Below are positions 63,667 to 64,000 of a stretch of 64,000 bases of DNA, piece by piece. Source of the DNA: Phoronis australis (taxonomy: Eukaryota; Animalia; Phoronida); assembly GCA_002633005.1 (NCBI GenBank), contig NMRA01000012.1, forward strand, positions 462,487-526,486, read 5' to 3'. The notes beneath the pieces were generated by a model. The model did no database searches, had not been told where the DNA came from, and saw only the letters and a program-made list of their open reading frames with translations. The stretch's first letter is position 1. The number at the start of each line of letters is the position of its first letter. Both the position numbers and the translations under genes were made by a program.

Positions 63667-64000
63667 GTTTGTTTTTCCTCATTCGAGCATTAAGCATACC
63701 AAAACACTGTTCTAAGTGATCCAATTTATCTCCAATACACAAGTGTTTACTTACCTCTCTGAAGATGATTTCAGTTTGTTTTTTACCAGAATAAGAGCAA
63801 TTACGTTGTATACATTATTTGTAACAATGCTATGGGTTAGTAACATTTTCAGGCTGACAACGGTCTCATGTAAACTTTGAAGTTAGTTAAACTTTCACTC
63901 TGGCTTCAGAAGTTTACGGACACCCACATCTTTGCTATGTGATGTTGGATGTCATCATAGCTATTTCACGATGATGGTGTGAAAACATTAGGCAATAGTA

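Noticed and set aside
4621-63667. U12-type or GC-AG introns
   Set aside because: No donor matches RTATCCTT, and every inferred donor is GT.

Overview
Eukaryotic, AT-rich genomic DNA from an animal, probably an invertebrate (inferred from intron style and repeat content). The whole window lies inside one large + strand gene, a homolog of UNC80, the scaffold subunit of the NALCN/FAM155/UNC79/UNC80 sodium-leak channel complex. I traced 42 internal coding exons (4133..63666) with GT-AG introns. Their phases match throughout and give one open frame of 7236 nt (~2410 aa). The start and stop codons lie outside the window. Introns hold minisatellites, MITE/DNA-transposon remnants, old dispersed repeats and a ~1.1-1.3 kb duplication next to an N (probably an assembly/haplotype artefact). 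The most striking unexplained pattern is five tandem repeats within ~7.5 kb (exons 31, 33, 34, 37, 39), each with an unrelated unit that copies the adjacent splice site. The exon-proximal copy is always the one that fits the coding frame, and the intronic copies form rows of decoy donors or acceptors. No prokaryotic features, RNA genes or CRISPR arrays are supported. Exon numbers are window-relative. Family assignments come from recognising the peptides, not from a database search.
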